From Octopus vulgaris (taxonomy: Eukaryota), in assembly GCA_951406725.2 (NCBI GenBank), contig OX597828.1:37262001-37326000 (forward strand): DNA of 64,000 nucleotides, in the 5' to 3' direction. The translations under genes were made by a program, and so were the position numbers. A model generated the notes under the pieces. That model had not been told where the DNA came from, did no database searches, and worked only from the letters and a program-made list of their open reading frames with translations. Shown one piece after another: positions 1 to 14,289 of the stretch. Position 1 is the first letter of the stretch; each line of letters opens with the position of its first letter.

Positions 1-241
1 AATTTTTCTTAGCTTTTTTTTCCCTCAGCTGAAGATGATGTCTAAGTGTTACAACTTTATATGATTTTATTAAAGATTTCAAGCAATAGCCGCCCACATT
101 CTATGGTAAATATAATGAGACTCTGCCTCAACAGGTGTTTCAATTTCCTGTAACATTCAACAGTTTCAATGTTATTACATTGAGCTCTTTAAGTATTCTT
201 AGAGACCAATTCAGAAAGCCAGATGTTGGTCTCAGAATATA

Positions 242-636
242 CTAGCAGTATCGCCCGGCGTTGCTCGGGTTGTAAGGGAAATAAATATATAAGTATTTTT
301 AGAGAGTTATAGCCAAAAAATAGCAAAAAAATGCATTAAAAATTGAAAAAAAATTAAGATAAATTTTTTTTTAAATCGTTGACACATCGTAGATATTTTT
401 AGAGAGTTACTTCCCTTATATAAAAGCGAAAAAAATGCATTAAAATGGAAAAATATGATGGTAAATTTTTTTTAAATCGTAGACTCATCGTAGACGCACG
501 CTAATACCCAGAAGGGCTCGATATGAATCACGACTATAAGATACCCGCTTTTGGTTAAACTGCACCGCAAAATGAGGGAGTAGCTAGGAATCTAAATCGT
601 AGGAGACAGACATACAACTTCACTCTTATATAAAGA
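242..636 (-). mobile_element. Non-autonomous Helitron
   Basis: Minus strand reads A|TCTTTATATAAG...CCCGAGCAACGCCGGG-cgatactg-CTAG|T. It has a 5' TC, a 3' CTAG, a subterminal GC hairpin, an A/T insertion site and no TSD. An internal ~100-bp degenerate duplication is present. Confidence 0.85.
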
Positions 637-1630
637 TGCTTTTTGTTTTTCAGTCATAGAGTTAGATTTATGAAGGTCTTCAGTAGAAAATCCTTCGAAT
701 TCTGACTCGCTGCTTGATATAATGAAATTCGTATCCATTTTTTGTCAGAATTACAAATTTTGAAAACACAATAGGAACAAATTTCGGAAAAAAATCTCCC
801 ATAATTCACGGAATTAATACAGAGTAAAATAAAAACCAATTTACCTTTTCTGTCCGTCCGTGTGTCTTTGCAAATGTGTTGGAATGATAAGTGAGTTGAG
901 TTTTGGCGCCTTTTTTACTAATAACAAACACACACGTGTTTGTATGTAGTTGTATGTGTATGTAGTTGTATGTGTATGTAGTTGTATGTAGTTGTATATG
1001 TATGTGTATGTGTGTGTGTGAGGAAGGACACACACACACACTCACGCACGCACACATGTACATCAATGCTTTCGGAGTGATATGTTAAAATATTGAGTTT
1101 TCTCAAATTTTGTCTTAATTGGTGGTAAAATTGAAAGAAATTTTTTATGGCATCACCCACTGAAGTACTCTGAAAAATTTTAGGTAAATTCTAATTGAAG
1201 AAATTGTGTGAGGAATAAATGGTTATGTATTTATTTGTTTCTGTTTGCTGTGTTTTTTTATTTTTTGAGTAGTGGTTTAAATACTTTCAGTTTAATCTTC
1301 CTCAAATCACTCTGTCGCTATTTACTTTCATTTTATTCGTTGCCCACTGTGTGTGTGCGTTTGCGTGTGGTGTAAACCAGACTAAGAAAAGCATTTGACA
1401 CACACACCAGAATGTGAGTTTTCTGTAAATTTTGCTTAATTGGAGTTTAAATTTTAAAAACTGGACCTGGCATGACGCGATGCATTGTACTCTTAAAAAT
1501 GCTAGGTAAATTGTAATTGAAGAAATCCTATATTGTAGATTTGTATAACTCCCAAAGGGAGGCAGATAAAATCTGTCTTTTATAATAAGAGATACTGCAA
1601 ACACTTTAGAAGTGGTAGGCTCTTTCAAGT

Positions 1631-1890
1631 GGAGGCGCGTGGCTTAGTGGTTAAGGTGTCAGCATCATGATCGTAAGATTGTGGTTTCGATTCCTGGACC
1701 GGGCGACGCGTTGTGTTCTTGAGCAAAACACTTCATTTCACGTTGCTCCAGTCCACTCAGCTGGCAAAAATGAGTAACGCTGCGATGGACTGGCGTCCCG
1801 TTCAGCTGGGGAACACATACGCCATAGAAACCGGTAAACCGGGCCCATGAGCCTGGCTAGGCTTTAAAAAGGGCGTATTTATTTTTATTT
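1631..1890 (+). mobile_element. tRNA-derived SINE with CORE-like central domain
   Basis: A-box TGGCTTAGTGG and B-box GTTTCGATTCC, then TGTGTTCTTGAGCAAAACACTTCATTTCACGTTGCTCCAGTCCACTCAGCTG..AAATGAGT, and a TATT-rich tail. Confidence 0.8.
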
Positions 1891-2624
1891 ATATATTAGG
1901 CTCTTTCTAAACGGAGAATTCTGTTACCCATAAATCCTTTATATTCTTGTTACAACAATCTAGTGAGAATATAGTGATACACTCACGAGACAAATGAATC
2001 ATTTGGCTATTTGTTGCAATAAGAAGAGTAAAAACCCTTTACAGTCTTTCCAGAAAGCTTAACACACAAATGATCCAATTTCCATCCATAGTGTTATCAA
2101 ACCTTTCTTGACGGTGAATGGGAAAATTCGTGAACCTGCATCCGCTTATATCTTTCTTTTTCATTTTATTTGTATATTTCTCCTATACTATGTCATTAAA
2201 TACATATGTTTAACATATTTGCGGTGGATATGTTGAAGGATTTCAATCCTTCCAGCTGGTTAAACTGATTATTTTTTTTGCTCGTATAGACTACCAGTGG
2301 CTTCAAACATTCTTATAGAATGTCTGTTACAGAGCTTGTGTATACTGTTTAGATTTGCATGATCGTACGTATATATATATATATATGTGCGTACAGATGT
2401 ATAAATACTTATATATTGTCTTTATCTGTATGTCTTATAGACTATATATGTAACTGGATAAATTTAATCTGACACGCAAGATATTTATTTACATAGAGGT
2501 CAGATGCAACGTACAAATCGCAAATCAAATGTCAAATAGAGTCCAGGAAGAAGCTTTCATAACTGATGATTTACATGCCGAGGAGATGACTGCAAAGGTA
2601 TACATATCTTATATACTGTATATG

Positions 2625-2625
2625 C

Positions 2626-2656
<31 letters not shown>

Positions 2657-2744
2657 TGTATGTATGTATGTATGTATGTATGTATGTATGTATGTATGTA
2701 TGTATGTATGTATGTATCTGTATATGCAGATATATATATGTATA

Positions 2745-2786
<42 letters not shown>

Positions 2787-2856
2787 CACATATATGCATA
2801 CATATCTATATGCATATGTATGCATCTATCTTCTCTCCCCCTTTCTCTCTCTCTCT

Positions 2857-2922
<66 letters not shown>

Positions 2923-3194
2923 TATATATATATGTATGTATATATATATACACATATATATATACTTAAGGATATATAGAGATATGTATTTACACAATAT
3001 ATTTATGTAAGTACATACACACAAATATGTACATATATATACGTGCATGCGTAAGTGTGTACACGTGTGCGTGTATAGAGATATTCAGTTTCGCGTACAC
3101 CGCCTGCTGAGAGATAGAGTTCTCGAAGCAAAATTCTCATAGGCGGAAAACTTACTAAGAAATAAAATTGCATACAGCTCTGTTTGTATGTATA

Positions 3195-3247
<53 letters not shown>

Positions 3248-3260
3248 CTACATATATATG
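2625..3260. repeat. Compound (TATG)n/(TA)n microsatellite field
   Basis: Directly visible; representative of dozens of such tracts in the window. Confidence 0.95.
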
Positions 3261-3731
3261 TATACATATATATATATCAGTGTGTGCGTGTGTGTATTTG
3301 TATGTGTTTGTGTGTGCATATATACATACATATACTTGCACGCAAACATACACTCACACACATGTATGTATATACGCATACATATTTGGCAGAGCGTAAT
3401 CCATCTTGAAGAAGTAGAGAGAGAGAGAGAGAGCGACCGTGAGAGACAATGAGACATTGCTAGAAAATGAGAGAAGAGAGAGAAGGCGAAGAAGAGAAAG
3501 AGAGAGGCGGGGTGTGGGAGAGAGGAAGAAAGAAGAGAGAGAGAGAGAGAGAGAGAGAGAATTAAACACTCCTGGTAATTGACTACTACTATATTCATTG
3601 AAAGGATGACAGGCATTTTCTGCGTCAGTGGGATTTGAACTAGGAATCTAGAGATCCATTAAAAACAAAACTATTTGTCTTTCTGTCGATTCTTCACCTA
3701 CACACACACAAACACATACACATTTCATATA

Positions 3732-3777
<46 letters not shown>

Positions 3778-3843
3778 GTGTATATATGTGTGAGTGTGTG
3801 TATGTGTATATTATTATATATATACATATATAGATATATTTAC

Positions 3844-3882
<39 letters not shown>

Positions 3883-3895
3883 CATATATATTTAC

Positions 3896-3927
<32 letters not shown>

Positions 3928-4484
3928 GTTTAAATATTTGTTGTGCAAGATTTTTTATGTGAAGTCGTGTGTTGAAACAGATATTGTTATATTTCGGAAT
4001 GGTCATATTGCCAGTTTAGCCAATAAAAACACACGCACTATATATTTGGTGTTATTTTGCTTCAGTGATATTTATTTTTTTTTTTACATTAATCTTAATC
4101 TTATTTCGGCCAAAGTTCTTTCGTCACACTCCTGTGACCGCATCAGTGGTCCTTTGTTTCTTCTCACTTACTTGTGTCTCTCCTTACTAACCGTCAGACA
4201 TTTTGTATTTCTATTGTATGTCTTCATCTGCGCATGCTTATATCTCTATGTGCGTCTATGTTTATTTAGTGTGTGTGTGGGGGGGATGCCTGTAATATTT
4301 GTATCTTCTGGTTATATACATTCTTGTAATTTGTATTTTGTTTTTGTTGTTGTTGCTTTTGTTCTAATTTTGTTCATGTGTTTACATCCACCCATTATTA
4401 TCATTACATATGCTTGTATGTATGTATAACAACAATATTAGTAATAATAATAATAAATCTAATTGAAAAAAAAAATGCAGTAAC

Positions 4485-4763
4485 ATGACAGTAACATACG
4501 TAGGGGAAACGGCAAGAAGCATTGGTGAGCGGGTGAATGGACATTGGAGACAACTCAAGGAAGGTAAAAGCTCATCGATTCTGTACCAACACGCTGAACA
4601 AGAACACGGGGGATCAATCAATAACATAGAGATTAAGATATTGTCCACACATAGAACAGATGCAACAATTAGACAAATTACAGAAGCTACACATATAATA
4701 GAAAATAAACCTAGCCTGAATAGAAAACTAGAATGGAGCAATAGCGCACACCACAACATATGA
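4485..4763 (+). pseudogene. C-terminal GIY-YIG endonuclease fragment of a Penelope-like retroelement
   Basis: YVGETARSIGERVNGH...SILYQH...H...IKIL...R.ITEA.HI...KPSLNRKLE matches the PLE GIY-YIG pattern (YIGET.R....R..EH ... E...I....P.LN). The N-terminal part and the RT are missing. Confidence 0.85.
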
Positions 4764-4869
4764 CGATAGTGGATCCTGCAAACATAATAAATACACAGAT
4801 AATTAAAGAAATAGAAATGAATAACTATATATATGTATATGTGTATGTATATGTGTATATGTGTGTGTA

Positions 4870-4919
<50 letters not shown>

Positions 4920-5240
4920 TTTTCAATTAGATTTATTATTATTATTACTAATATTGTTGTTATACATACATACAAGCATATGTAATGATAATAATGGGTG
5001 GATGTAAACACATGAACAAAATTAGAACAAAAGCAACAACAACAAAAACAAAATACAAATTACAAGAATGTATATAACCAGAAGATACAAATATTACAGG
5101 CATCCCCCCCACACACACACTAAATAAACATAGACGCACATAGAGATATAGGCATGCGCAGATGAAGACATACAATAGAAATACAAAATGGCTGACGGTT
5201 AGTAAGGAGAGACACAAGTAAGTGAGAAGAAAACAAAGGA

Positions 5241-5280
5241 CCACTGATGCGGTCACAGGAGTGTGACGAAAGAACTTTGG
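5241..5280 (+). ncRNA. Variant minimal hammerhead ribozyme motif (mirror copy at 4110-4149 on minus strand)
   Basis: CCA-CTGATGC-G-GTCACA-ggag-TGTGAC-GAA-AG-aa-CT-T-TGG: stem I CCA/TGG, perfect 6-bp stem II, core with A9->C. Confidence 0.55.
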
Positions 5281-5396
5281 CCGAAATAAGATTAAGATTA
5301 ATGTAAAAAATAAATATCACTGAAGCAAAATAACACCAAATATATAGTGCGTGTGTTTTTATTGGCTAAACTGGCAATATGACCATTCCGAAATAT

Positions 5397-5465
<69 letters not shown>

Positions 5466-5811
5466 TGTATATATATAAATATATATACACACACACTTAC
5501 GTAGACATGCACACAAACGCGCGCACACACACACGCGAACGCACACACGCACGCGCACACGCACACGCACACATACGCACACGCGCATGCACGCACACAT
5601 ACGCACACACATATATTCTTTTATTTTTTATTTAGTCAAACAAATCGACCACAAGACTTATATTTCTTGAAACCCTAGTACTTATTCTATCTGTCTCATT
5701 TGCTGGGGTTACTTTGCCCGACAAACCCCTTTCAATGCGGTGTTTAAGCATGGCCACAGTCAAGTGACTGTAACAAGTAAAAAAATAAAAAAAACAGGAA
5801 GAATATATATA

Positions 5812-6007
5812 TTGTCCCCCGAGCATTGCTTGACAACCGATGCTGGTGTGTTTACGTCCCCGTAACTAAGCGGTTCGGCAAAACAGACCGATAGAATAAG
5901 TACTGGGCTTACAAAAGAATAAGTCCCGGGGTCGAGTTGCTCGATTGGGGGCGGTGCTCCAGCATGGCCGCAGTCGGGTGACTGAAACAAGTAAAAGAGT
6001 AAAAGAG
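5812..6007 (+). mobile_element. SINE family A, 3' half
   Basis: Matches the 3' half of the copy at 8367, with an (AGTAAAAG)n tail. More fragments lie at 5630-5780. Confidence 0.85.
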
Positions 6008-6011
6008 TATA

Positions 6012-6121
<110 letters not shown>

Positions 6122-6700
6122 TATGCATGTATGTATATATACATATATGTACACGCGTTTCTGTGAGTGCAAAAAGCTGAAAATAAAAAAGAGAAGAAGA
6201 AAGATAACTCGTTATTGAATAATAATTTCTAGACGTGAAAAATAAATCTTAAATTTTGAACAATGGTTGCACTAGATTATATTCGACCGCGTTATTTAAG
6301 TGGTACTTTATTTTATCGAACCCCAGAAGACAACAATGAAAAAAGGTACGGCCGAATTTGAAACCCTCATTGCAAGCAATCGCCGCTTTATTCTGCAAAA
6401 CGGTGTCTCTTATTCCCTATAGAAGTCGCAGGTCGACCGATTTCATTTACTCTATGTTAATTAGAGAATTATTGAAAGTAAATAAATAAATGCGAAAATA
6501 GATGGATAAAAATTCGCTTAGGATACTTATGTGAAAGGTGGAGTCATTAATGTGAGTTTATGTAGAATAAATAAAGTTAAATATTCTAATGTATTGTAAA
6601 ATATTCTGGTTCTGTACTTTATGGAAATCAGAAGGAATTTCATTTTGGATAGGTTATTTCCGTGTCATTGCATCTACACACACACCTTGATATATATATA

Positions 6701-6759
<59 letters not shown>

Positions 6760-6836
6760 TGCCCCAGCATGGCCACAGCTCATAAGCTGAAACTAGAATC
6801 AATCAATCAATCATATATATATATATATATACCTTG

Positions 6837-6889
<53 letters not shown>

Positions 6890-6929
6890 CATAAATATAC
6901 ACCAACACACACACATACAAACTCACAAA

Positions 6930-6986
<57 letters not shown>

Positions 6987-7188
6987 ACGTCATATAGTGT
7001 ATGAGACGTTTGATTCTTCCAGAGATAATTTCAATTGGTTCGCAACCATTTATAGTTCTTTGAATCGTATAATATCTGTGAATTGCTAATTGTCTTATTT
7101 TTGTTCTGGTTATTTAAAAATGGATGAATAAGCAATGAGCACATAACTATATATACATACAAAAACATATATAAAGATATATATATAT

Positions 7189-7233
<45 letters not shown>

Positions 7234-7461
7234 GAGAGGGAGAGAGAGATAAATAGATGGAAAGATAGGCACACAGACAAAAGTAAGCACATAGGTACAA
7301 ATAAGAGTGGGAAAAATAGATCATGAGTACCAAAGGATGATTAATTTGCATGCATATGCATAAGCGCGTGCGCGCACACCCCCGTATATACATGCACACT
7401 TTCTCATATACTTATGCACATAATCGAACATGTGATATAACAACATATATAGATTCGTAAG

Positions 7462-7668
7462 CCGGTGAGCTAGCACAATCGTTATCCCGCCGGGCGAAAT
7501 GGTTGGTAGGATTTCGTCTGTCTTTATGCCCTGAGTTCAAATTCCGCCGAAGTCTACTTTGCTTTTATTCTTTCGGGGTCGATAAATTAAGTACCAGTTA
7601 CATACTGGGGTCGATCTAATCGACTCGATCCCTCCCCAAAAATGTCAGGCCTTGTGCCTAGAGTACTA
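7462..7668 (+). mobile_element. SINE family B, diverged copy
   Basis: GAGTTCAAATTCCGCCGA B-box-like motif and CTTTCGGGGTCGATAAATTAAGTACCAG domain shared with the copy at 61110. Confidence 0.8.
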
Positions 7669-7790
7669 AAAAATATATATAGGTCCGTAAAATTTTGTCA
7701 AGAGAGCTAACAATCAGTTCTTGGCTATAAGCATATTACATGCCGAACTGTTCTTTTCATCTCTAATTTTTTATCATGATATTCCAGTTG

Positions 7791-7832
<42 letters not shown>

Positions 7833-7836
<4 letters not shown>

Positions 7837-8034
7837 CGGGAAGCAGCATGAAAATAAATAAAAGACGAAGGCAGGTGGAATACAAACAAACAATTGTATT
7901 AGTATGGCGCTCAGGAATATAAATAAAACAAGTCTTTTATGTTTCGAGCCTACGCTCTTCTACAGAAAGATACACAGAAAAGAAACACAGAAAGAAACAA
8001 GGAGAGAAAAAAATGCGTGCAGAGGCTAGCGAAT

Positions 8035-8040
<6 letters not shown>
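7833..8040 (-). mobile_element. Short PLE-type pLTR element (family H1) with variant hammerhead, inside (TA)n
   Basis: Homologous to 37792-37985 and 55270-55421. Minus strand 7932-7970 reads CTTT-CTGTAGA-A-GAGC-gtag-GCTC-GAAAC-AT-A-AAAG. Confidence 0.7.
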
Positions 8041-8105
<65 letters not shown>

Positions 8106-8366
8106 TATGTATATATGCAACGGCTAGGCGTTCAGGCGGCATTGATGTAGCAACATTTGAAATATTGTCCAGGTAAATCTAGATGAAGAAGTCTGATCAA
8201 ATTTACAATAACGAACGTATTTGGAGAGTCTGAAACCTAGGTACTAGGTTATCCGATTCTGGGCTGTCCATTTATCTAATGTTCTTTCTAGAGGTAAGAC
8301 GAAATTTCTTATGTTTGCTGCACTCAAACGTCGTTACCAGTATATACACAGTACATCTTTATTAAA

Positions 8367-8777
8367 GGCGCAGGAGTGGCTGTGTGGTAAGTAGCTAGTT
8401 TACTAACCACATGGTTCCGGGTTCAGTCCCACTGCGTGGCATCTTGGGCGAGTGTCTTCTACTATAGCCTCGGGCCGACCAAAACCTTGTGAGTGGATTT
8501 GGTAGACGGAAACTGAAAAGAAGCCCGTCGTATATATGTATATATATATATATGCATGTGTGTGTTTGTGTGTCTGTATTTGTCCACCTAGCATTGCTTG
8601 ACAACCGATGCTGGTGTGTTTATGTCTCCGTTACTTAGCGGTTCGGCAAAAGAGACCGATACAATAAGTACTGGGCTTACAAAAGAATAAATCCCGGGGT
8701 CGAGTTGCTCGATTAAAGGCGGTGCTCCAGCATGGCCGCAGTCAAATGACTGAAACGAGTAAAAGAGCTAAAAGAGC
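8367..8777 (+). mobile_element. SINE family A, full length (tRNA head, internal TA/TG microsatellite)
   Basis: Head GGCGCAGGAGTGGCTGTGTGGTAAG, GGTTCAGTCCC B-box-like motif, CORE-like CTTGGGCGAGTGTCTTCT, tail AGTAAAAGAG. At least 7 copies in the window. Confidence 0.9.
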
Positions 8778-8834
8778 ATAGCATCGTAAGTTCATCGACT
8801 GTTATTTCCAGTATACATTGGTGCCTTCTACCAC

Positions 8835-8881
<47 letters not shown>

Positions 8882-8882
<1 letters not shown>

Positions 8883-9070
8883 AGTAATCCCTCGCAATAT
8901 CGAAGTTCACATATTGCGGTTTATTTTTTAAGCTTACGTTGATTCCTCCATGGTGTTGTTTTGCATTTATAAAACAAATATATATAAATTATAAAAATAA
9001 TAAAATATATACAGTACTATACGCACCGGTGTTTTGGAACGTAACACCCGCGATAGTCGAGGGATTACTG
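8882..9070. mobile_element. Tigger/pogo-type MITE
   Basis: Terminal inverted repeats (T)AGTAATCCCTCG ... CGAGGGATTACTG in a TA-rich context. Confidence 0.7.
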
Positions 9071-9245
9071 CATATGTATGTATGTATGTATATGTTATAT
9101 ATATGTATGTATATATACACACACACATATATATATATATATACACATACATACTTACACACACATATATATACATATGTATATATATACACACTCAGGT
9201 GCACACACATATATTTATACATATATACATACATACACACATACA

Positions 9246-9314
<69 letters not shown>

Positions 9315-9716
9315 GTCTTCCTATGTATGTGTGTATGTGTATATGTATGGATGTTTGTACATATATATGTATATGGAGCATAGAAAATTTTACCCATTTT
9401 TCATCATCTCTTGACACAATTACCATCTGTGCCTGAAATAAAATAAAAGAAACTGCGCCTAGATAAATTTGTAACTGCTTCAAATCAATGCCTTGCGATT
9501 CTTACTCAGTGAAGTAAATTTTTTGAGCCTGAAGAGACAACTATTTAAATGGTTCTGTCAAACTGGGTCAAATCCAGGTGGATTTAGCTTCAAGTCATCG
9601 ATTGACAAAAAGGTAATTATTAAAATGGAGTATGATTTTTTTCCTTCTCTTTTATTTACTCTTTCTGTAATCGTCATTCAGTTTTCTTTCATCTGTACTT
9701 TGTTTTAGCATTTTTC

Positions 9717-9813
<97 letters not shown>

Positions 9814-11002
9814 ACAGGTGTGGTCGCCGTTTGTGAGGCACGCTTTCCCGCAGCTCGTCTCCATGACCGAACTGCAGTCGTGGATCAAAAAGAGGCCGAA
9901 GAAGGGCGAATGGCACCGCGAGTGTCGCGTTGCTCTCAAGCAACTCTCCCGTCCTGGGTCGACCTTGAGTGACTTCAACACAACCAAAGCATTCTATAGG
10001 GGTTTAGTGGAGGGGAGGTACGACGACGAGCTCGGGGCGAACCTGGACGTCGACGAGGAGTACCTGACCCGCCTGTTCAGGACGACTTTCGGGCCAGGGC
10101 CCATGGACAACTTCCAGAGATCCCTGGCCTGGCAGTGCTACCGAGAAGCGCTACCCGTTCGGGATAAGCTCTACAGACACGGCTCGAGAAACACGGGGCC
10201 GACCTGCCCGAGATGCGGTCAGAGCGACGAAACCGTTCTGCACGCACTCGTGCAGTGTTCAACAATTTCCGACCTGTGGGCTTGTGTCGAACAACTGCTG
10301 TCACGTGTGGGACGAGTCGGTTTATCAGATGAGTCTATCGTTAATATTGTCACGCCTCCCTCCTTCAAACGGGAAGGAAGAGCTATTTTCATCATCCTTG
10401 TGGCTATGGCGAAAGAATGTATCTGGTGGACGCGTCTGAAAGGATTGGAGACAAACACTTTCCTCTCTGGTCAATCTCTCATCAACTTCTTCAAGTACCA
10501 CTTGAAAAGGAAAGTGAGAGTAGAGAGGCAAGTTTTGTCTAGCGAATGTTTTAAAAAAAGATGGGTGAATGTAGCAAGAATGGCACGTATGAATGACGAA
10601 GCCACCTTGAGCATGATCCTATGAACCCAGAAATTGAAAACAGAGAGTTGCTTATTTGCAAAAAAAAAAAAAAAAGAAATATAACATGTGACTCCATTGA
10701 CCGAGGTTACCGTGGTCTTTTCCGTAGGCTTTTCTTTCCACGGGTAAACCTCACCTGTCCTCCCCTTTACACTTCATATTGACATTTCTGTGATAACGAT
10801 CCCTATTGATCAAATTTTTTTCTTTTTTTTTTTTTTTTTTTCCCTCTCCCCCTTTTTTTGTCCTCTTTCTCTCCTTTTACGATCCCTTTTGATCGAAACT
10901 CCCCCTTCCTTTTTTTTTTCTTTTTTTAAACCTTCAAAAGAAAAGCTCTACCTTGTAATTTGTTCTATCTGTGTGCAGCCCTGTGTGGCTAATAAAGAAA
11001 CA
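9814..11002 (+). mobile_element. 5'-truncated L1/Tx1-clade LINE (ORF2 C-terminus with zinc-finger region, plus 3' UTR)
   Basis: Open frame 9818-10624 contains LAWQ...ALPVRDKL...CPRCG..DETVLHALVQC...LW (zf-RVT-like CCHC) and IWWTR. A pyrimidine-rich 3' UTR ends AATAAAGAAACA directly into TATC repeats. Confidence 0.9.
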
Positions 11003-11066
11003 TATCTATGTCTATCTATCTATGTCTATCTATCTATCTGTCTATCTATTTATCTATCTATCTATC

Positions 11067-11219
11067 ATATGATACACGATCCCTATTGATCGTCCCCGCC
11101 TCTTTTTTTTTCACGATTCCTTTTGATCGGAATTCGACCCTTTTTTCCTTCTATTCTTCCCAAAAAGAAAAGCTCTACTTTGTATTTTGTTACTTGTTTG
11201 TCCATCCCTGCGTGGCCAG

Positions 11220-11220
<1 letters not shown>
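11067..11220 (+). mobile_element. Short 3' UTR fragment of a related, diverged Tx1-type subfamily
   Basis: Shares ACGATCCCTATTGATC, AAAAGAAAAGCTCTAC and CCCTG.GTGGC with the 3' UTR of its neighbours; flanked by TATC on both sides. Confidence 0.75.
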
Positions 11221-11280
<60 letters not shown>

Positions 11281-11310
11281 GTCTATCTGTCTGTCTGCAT
11301 GTCTATCTAT

Positions 11311-11412
<102 letters not shown>

Positions 11413-11450
11413 CCATCCATCCATCCTTCCATCCATCCATCCATCCATCC

Positions 11451-11566
<116 letters not shown>

Positions 11567-11583
11567 GTCTGTCTGTCTGCATG

Positions 11584-11636
<53 letters not shown>

Positions 11637-11668
11637 ATATATATATATATATATATATCCATCCATCC

Positions 11669-11734
<66 letters not shown>

Positions 11735-11735
11735 G

Positions 11736-11778
<43 letters not shown>

Positions 11779-12513
11779 CTGTGGGCTTATGTCGAACAAC
11801 TGCTGTCACGTGTGGGACGAGTCGGTTTATCAGCTGAGTCTATCGTCAATATTGTCACGCCTCCTTCCTTCAAACGGGAAGGAAGAGCTATTTTCATCAT
11901 CCTTGTGGCTATGGCGAAAGAATGTATCTGGTGGACGCGTCTGAAAGGATTGGAGATAAACACTTTCCTCTCTGGTCAATCTCTCATCAACTTCTTCAAG
12001 TACCACTTGAAAAGGAAAGTGAGAGTAGAGAGGCAAGTTTTGTCTAGCGAATGTTTTAAAAAAAGATGGGTGAATGTAGCAAGAATGGCACGTATGAATG
12101 ACGAAGCCACCTTGAGCATAGTCCTATGAACCCAGAAATCGAAAAGAGAGTTGCTTATTTGCAAAAAAAAAAAAAAAAAAAAGAAAGAAATATAAAATGT
12201 GACTTCATTGACCGAGGTTACCGTGGTCTTTTCCGTAGGCTTTTCTTTCCACGGGTAAACCTCACCTGTCCTCCCCTTTACACTTCATATTGACATTTCT
12301 GTGATAACGATCCCTATTGATCAATTTTTTTTTTCTCTCCCTTTTTTTTAACCCCCCTTTTTTTGTCCTCTTTCTCTCCTTTTACGATCCCTTTTGATCG
12401 AAACTCCCCCTTCCTTTTTTTTTTTTTTTTTTTTTTTTAAACCTTCAAAAGAAAAGCTCTACCTTGTAATTTGTTCTATCTGTGTGCAGCCCTGTGTGGC
12501 TAATAAAGAAACA
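11779..12513 (+). mobile_element. Second, shorter copy of the same L1/Tx1-type LINE
   Basis: Near-identical to 10274-11002, with the same 3' end AATAAAGAAACA|TATC. Confidence 0.9.
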
Positions 12514-12591
<78 letters not shown>

Positions 12592-14289
12592 CCTAGCTAG
12601 CTAGCTAACTTGCTCACTGTAAGTCTATATATATTTTCAGCTTGTCCTTCTGTATTTCTGTCTGTCTGTATCTCGGTTTATTTACGAATGTGTGCGTGTC
12701 TGTGTTATTGCATGGGTCTGAATCTGTTAACATACGCTTACATAATGCATAAATGCATGTACACTTGTGCATATGAACCGATACATATATTGAGAATTTG
12801 AAACTCTTTGAATGCGAGTGTTTCAGGTCAAGTGTTTCAATATAAAAGACTATTTGTATGCATGTAGCTGTGGTTATTCGTGAATATGTTCTGTAGGTGT
12901 TCTTGTTCTACGTCAGTGTTTGTCTTGGTTTGTCTAGAAATATTATGGATTACCTGATTTCTTCAACTACCACAAAAGCAGAAGTCATATCAGACAAGAG
13001 GAATTACTTTTGATAAGCATTCTAGAGAATTACTGAACCATTGAAATAGAAGTTATTTCGTTTAATAGATACCCATATGATCGTAGCATATGAATATATA
13101 TATTCTTCCATATATAATCAAACACACTGGTACACACACATAGACACACACACGCGCACACACATCACTGTCTGTCTATATGTCTCTCGATCTACATGCA
13201 TGACTGTCTGTCTGTATGTATGTATATATGTATATAAGTATATATGTATATTAGTATGCATTATGTATCTATCTATCTATTATACACACACATACACACA
13301 CATCGCTGTCTGTATATATATATATATCGATCTACATGTATATATGTACGTATGCATGTATGTACGTATGTATGTTTGGATGTATGTATATAAGTTTGTA
13401 TTTATCTATTTATCTATCTATCTGTCCGTCATAAATGTTTATACGCACACACATACACACATGAAAACACATATATATATATTTACACATATATGCATAC
13501 ATACATATATGAGGGCTGTGAGTATTTGTGCATGCGTGCGTATACATCTGCTTACAGATATGTGCCCGCGGCACTGTTAAAAAAAAAGTGTGTAGTTATG
13601 GAATTTTAATTAGAATATGAATGCTTCTTAGTCATAAAACACAGTATGTTCATATAGTAAAGATAAGATTGTGAGACCTGGAAAGTTCTATGACACACAT
13701 TGAGCAGCATCTTCATGCCTAGATGGGAAAACTCAGGGATGCCAGATACGTTGCTCTTCTAGGCGGAGCGGTGTTTCTGTTGTCTGTGACGTATCGCGTT
13801 GGGATCATTATACGTTGTGTTATAGTTTTATTCGTTTATTCTCTGTGGATGCTTTATATAAGATCAGTCCATTTTTCATGTATGTGTGCGTATGCTCGCG
13901 TCTATGTGTAAATAGTTACCTACGTGATGATAAAAATGATAAAATCTATATTTTTGTTTTTTACTGAAATTGCCTATCTCAGTTTCCTTCAGATTTATTA
14001 ATCTCTATATAAAGTTGGCATGAAAATTATCGTTATGATCTTTAAAAGTAATGTACGGTTCACGTAACGCTAAAGCTTCCAATATGTCATCTGCTTTTAG
14101 AATATTTGCTGTTTCTTAAAGTGCTGGCAGTGGTTCTGTTATGGATGATAGTAATGGTGTTGGAAAGCTGTCAACGCAATGAGCAGCCATTCGTAACGTT
14201 TGTACTTTTCTTTCTTTTTCTGAAGAAACGTGTGTGTTGGAGGTTTCTAATATTGTTAACTCTTTTTCTAATATGACTCGTAATATTTG

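Larger units (their letters stand above)
3981..5404 (+). mobile_element. 5'-truncated Penelope-like element with inverted pseudo-LTR duplication
   Basis: Near-identical ~490-bp inverted repeats (3981-4474 and 4915-5404) flank a GIY-YIG fragment. Each arm carries a hammerhead-like motif. The right end runs into (TA)n. Confidence 0.85.

Noticed and set aside
3981-5404. DNA transposon with long TIRs
   Set aside because: The interior encodes a PLE GIY-YIG fragment, not a transposase.
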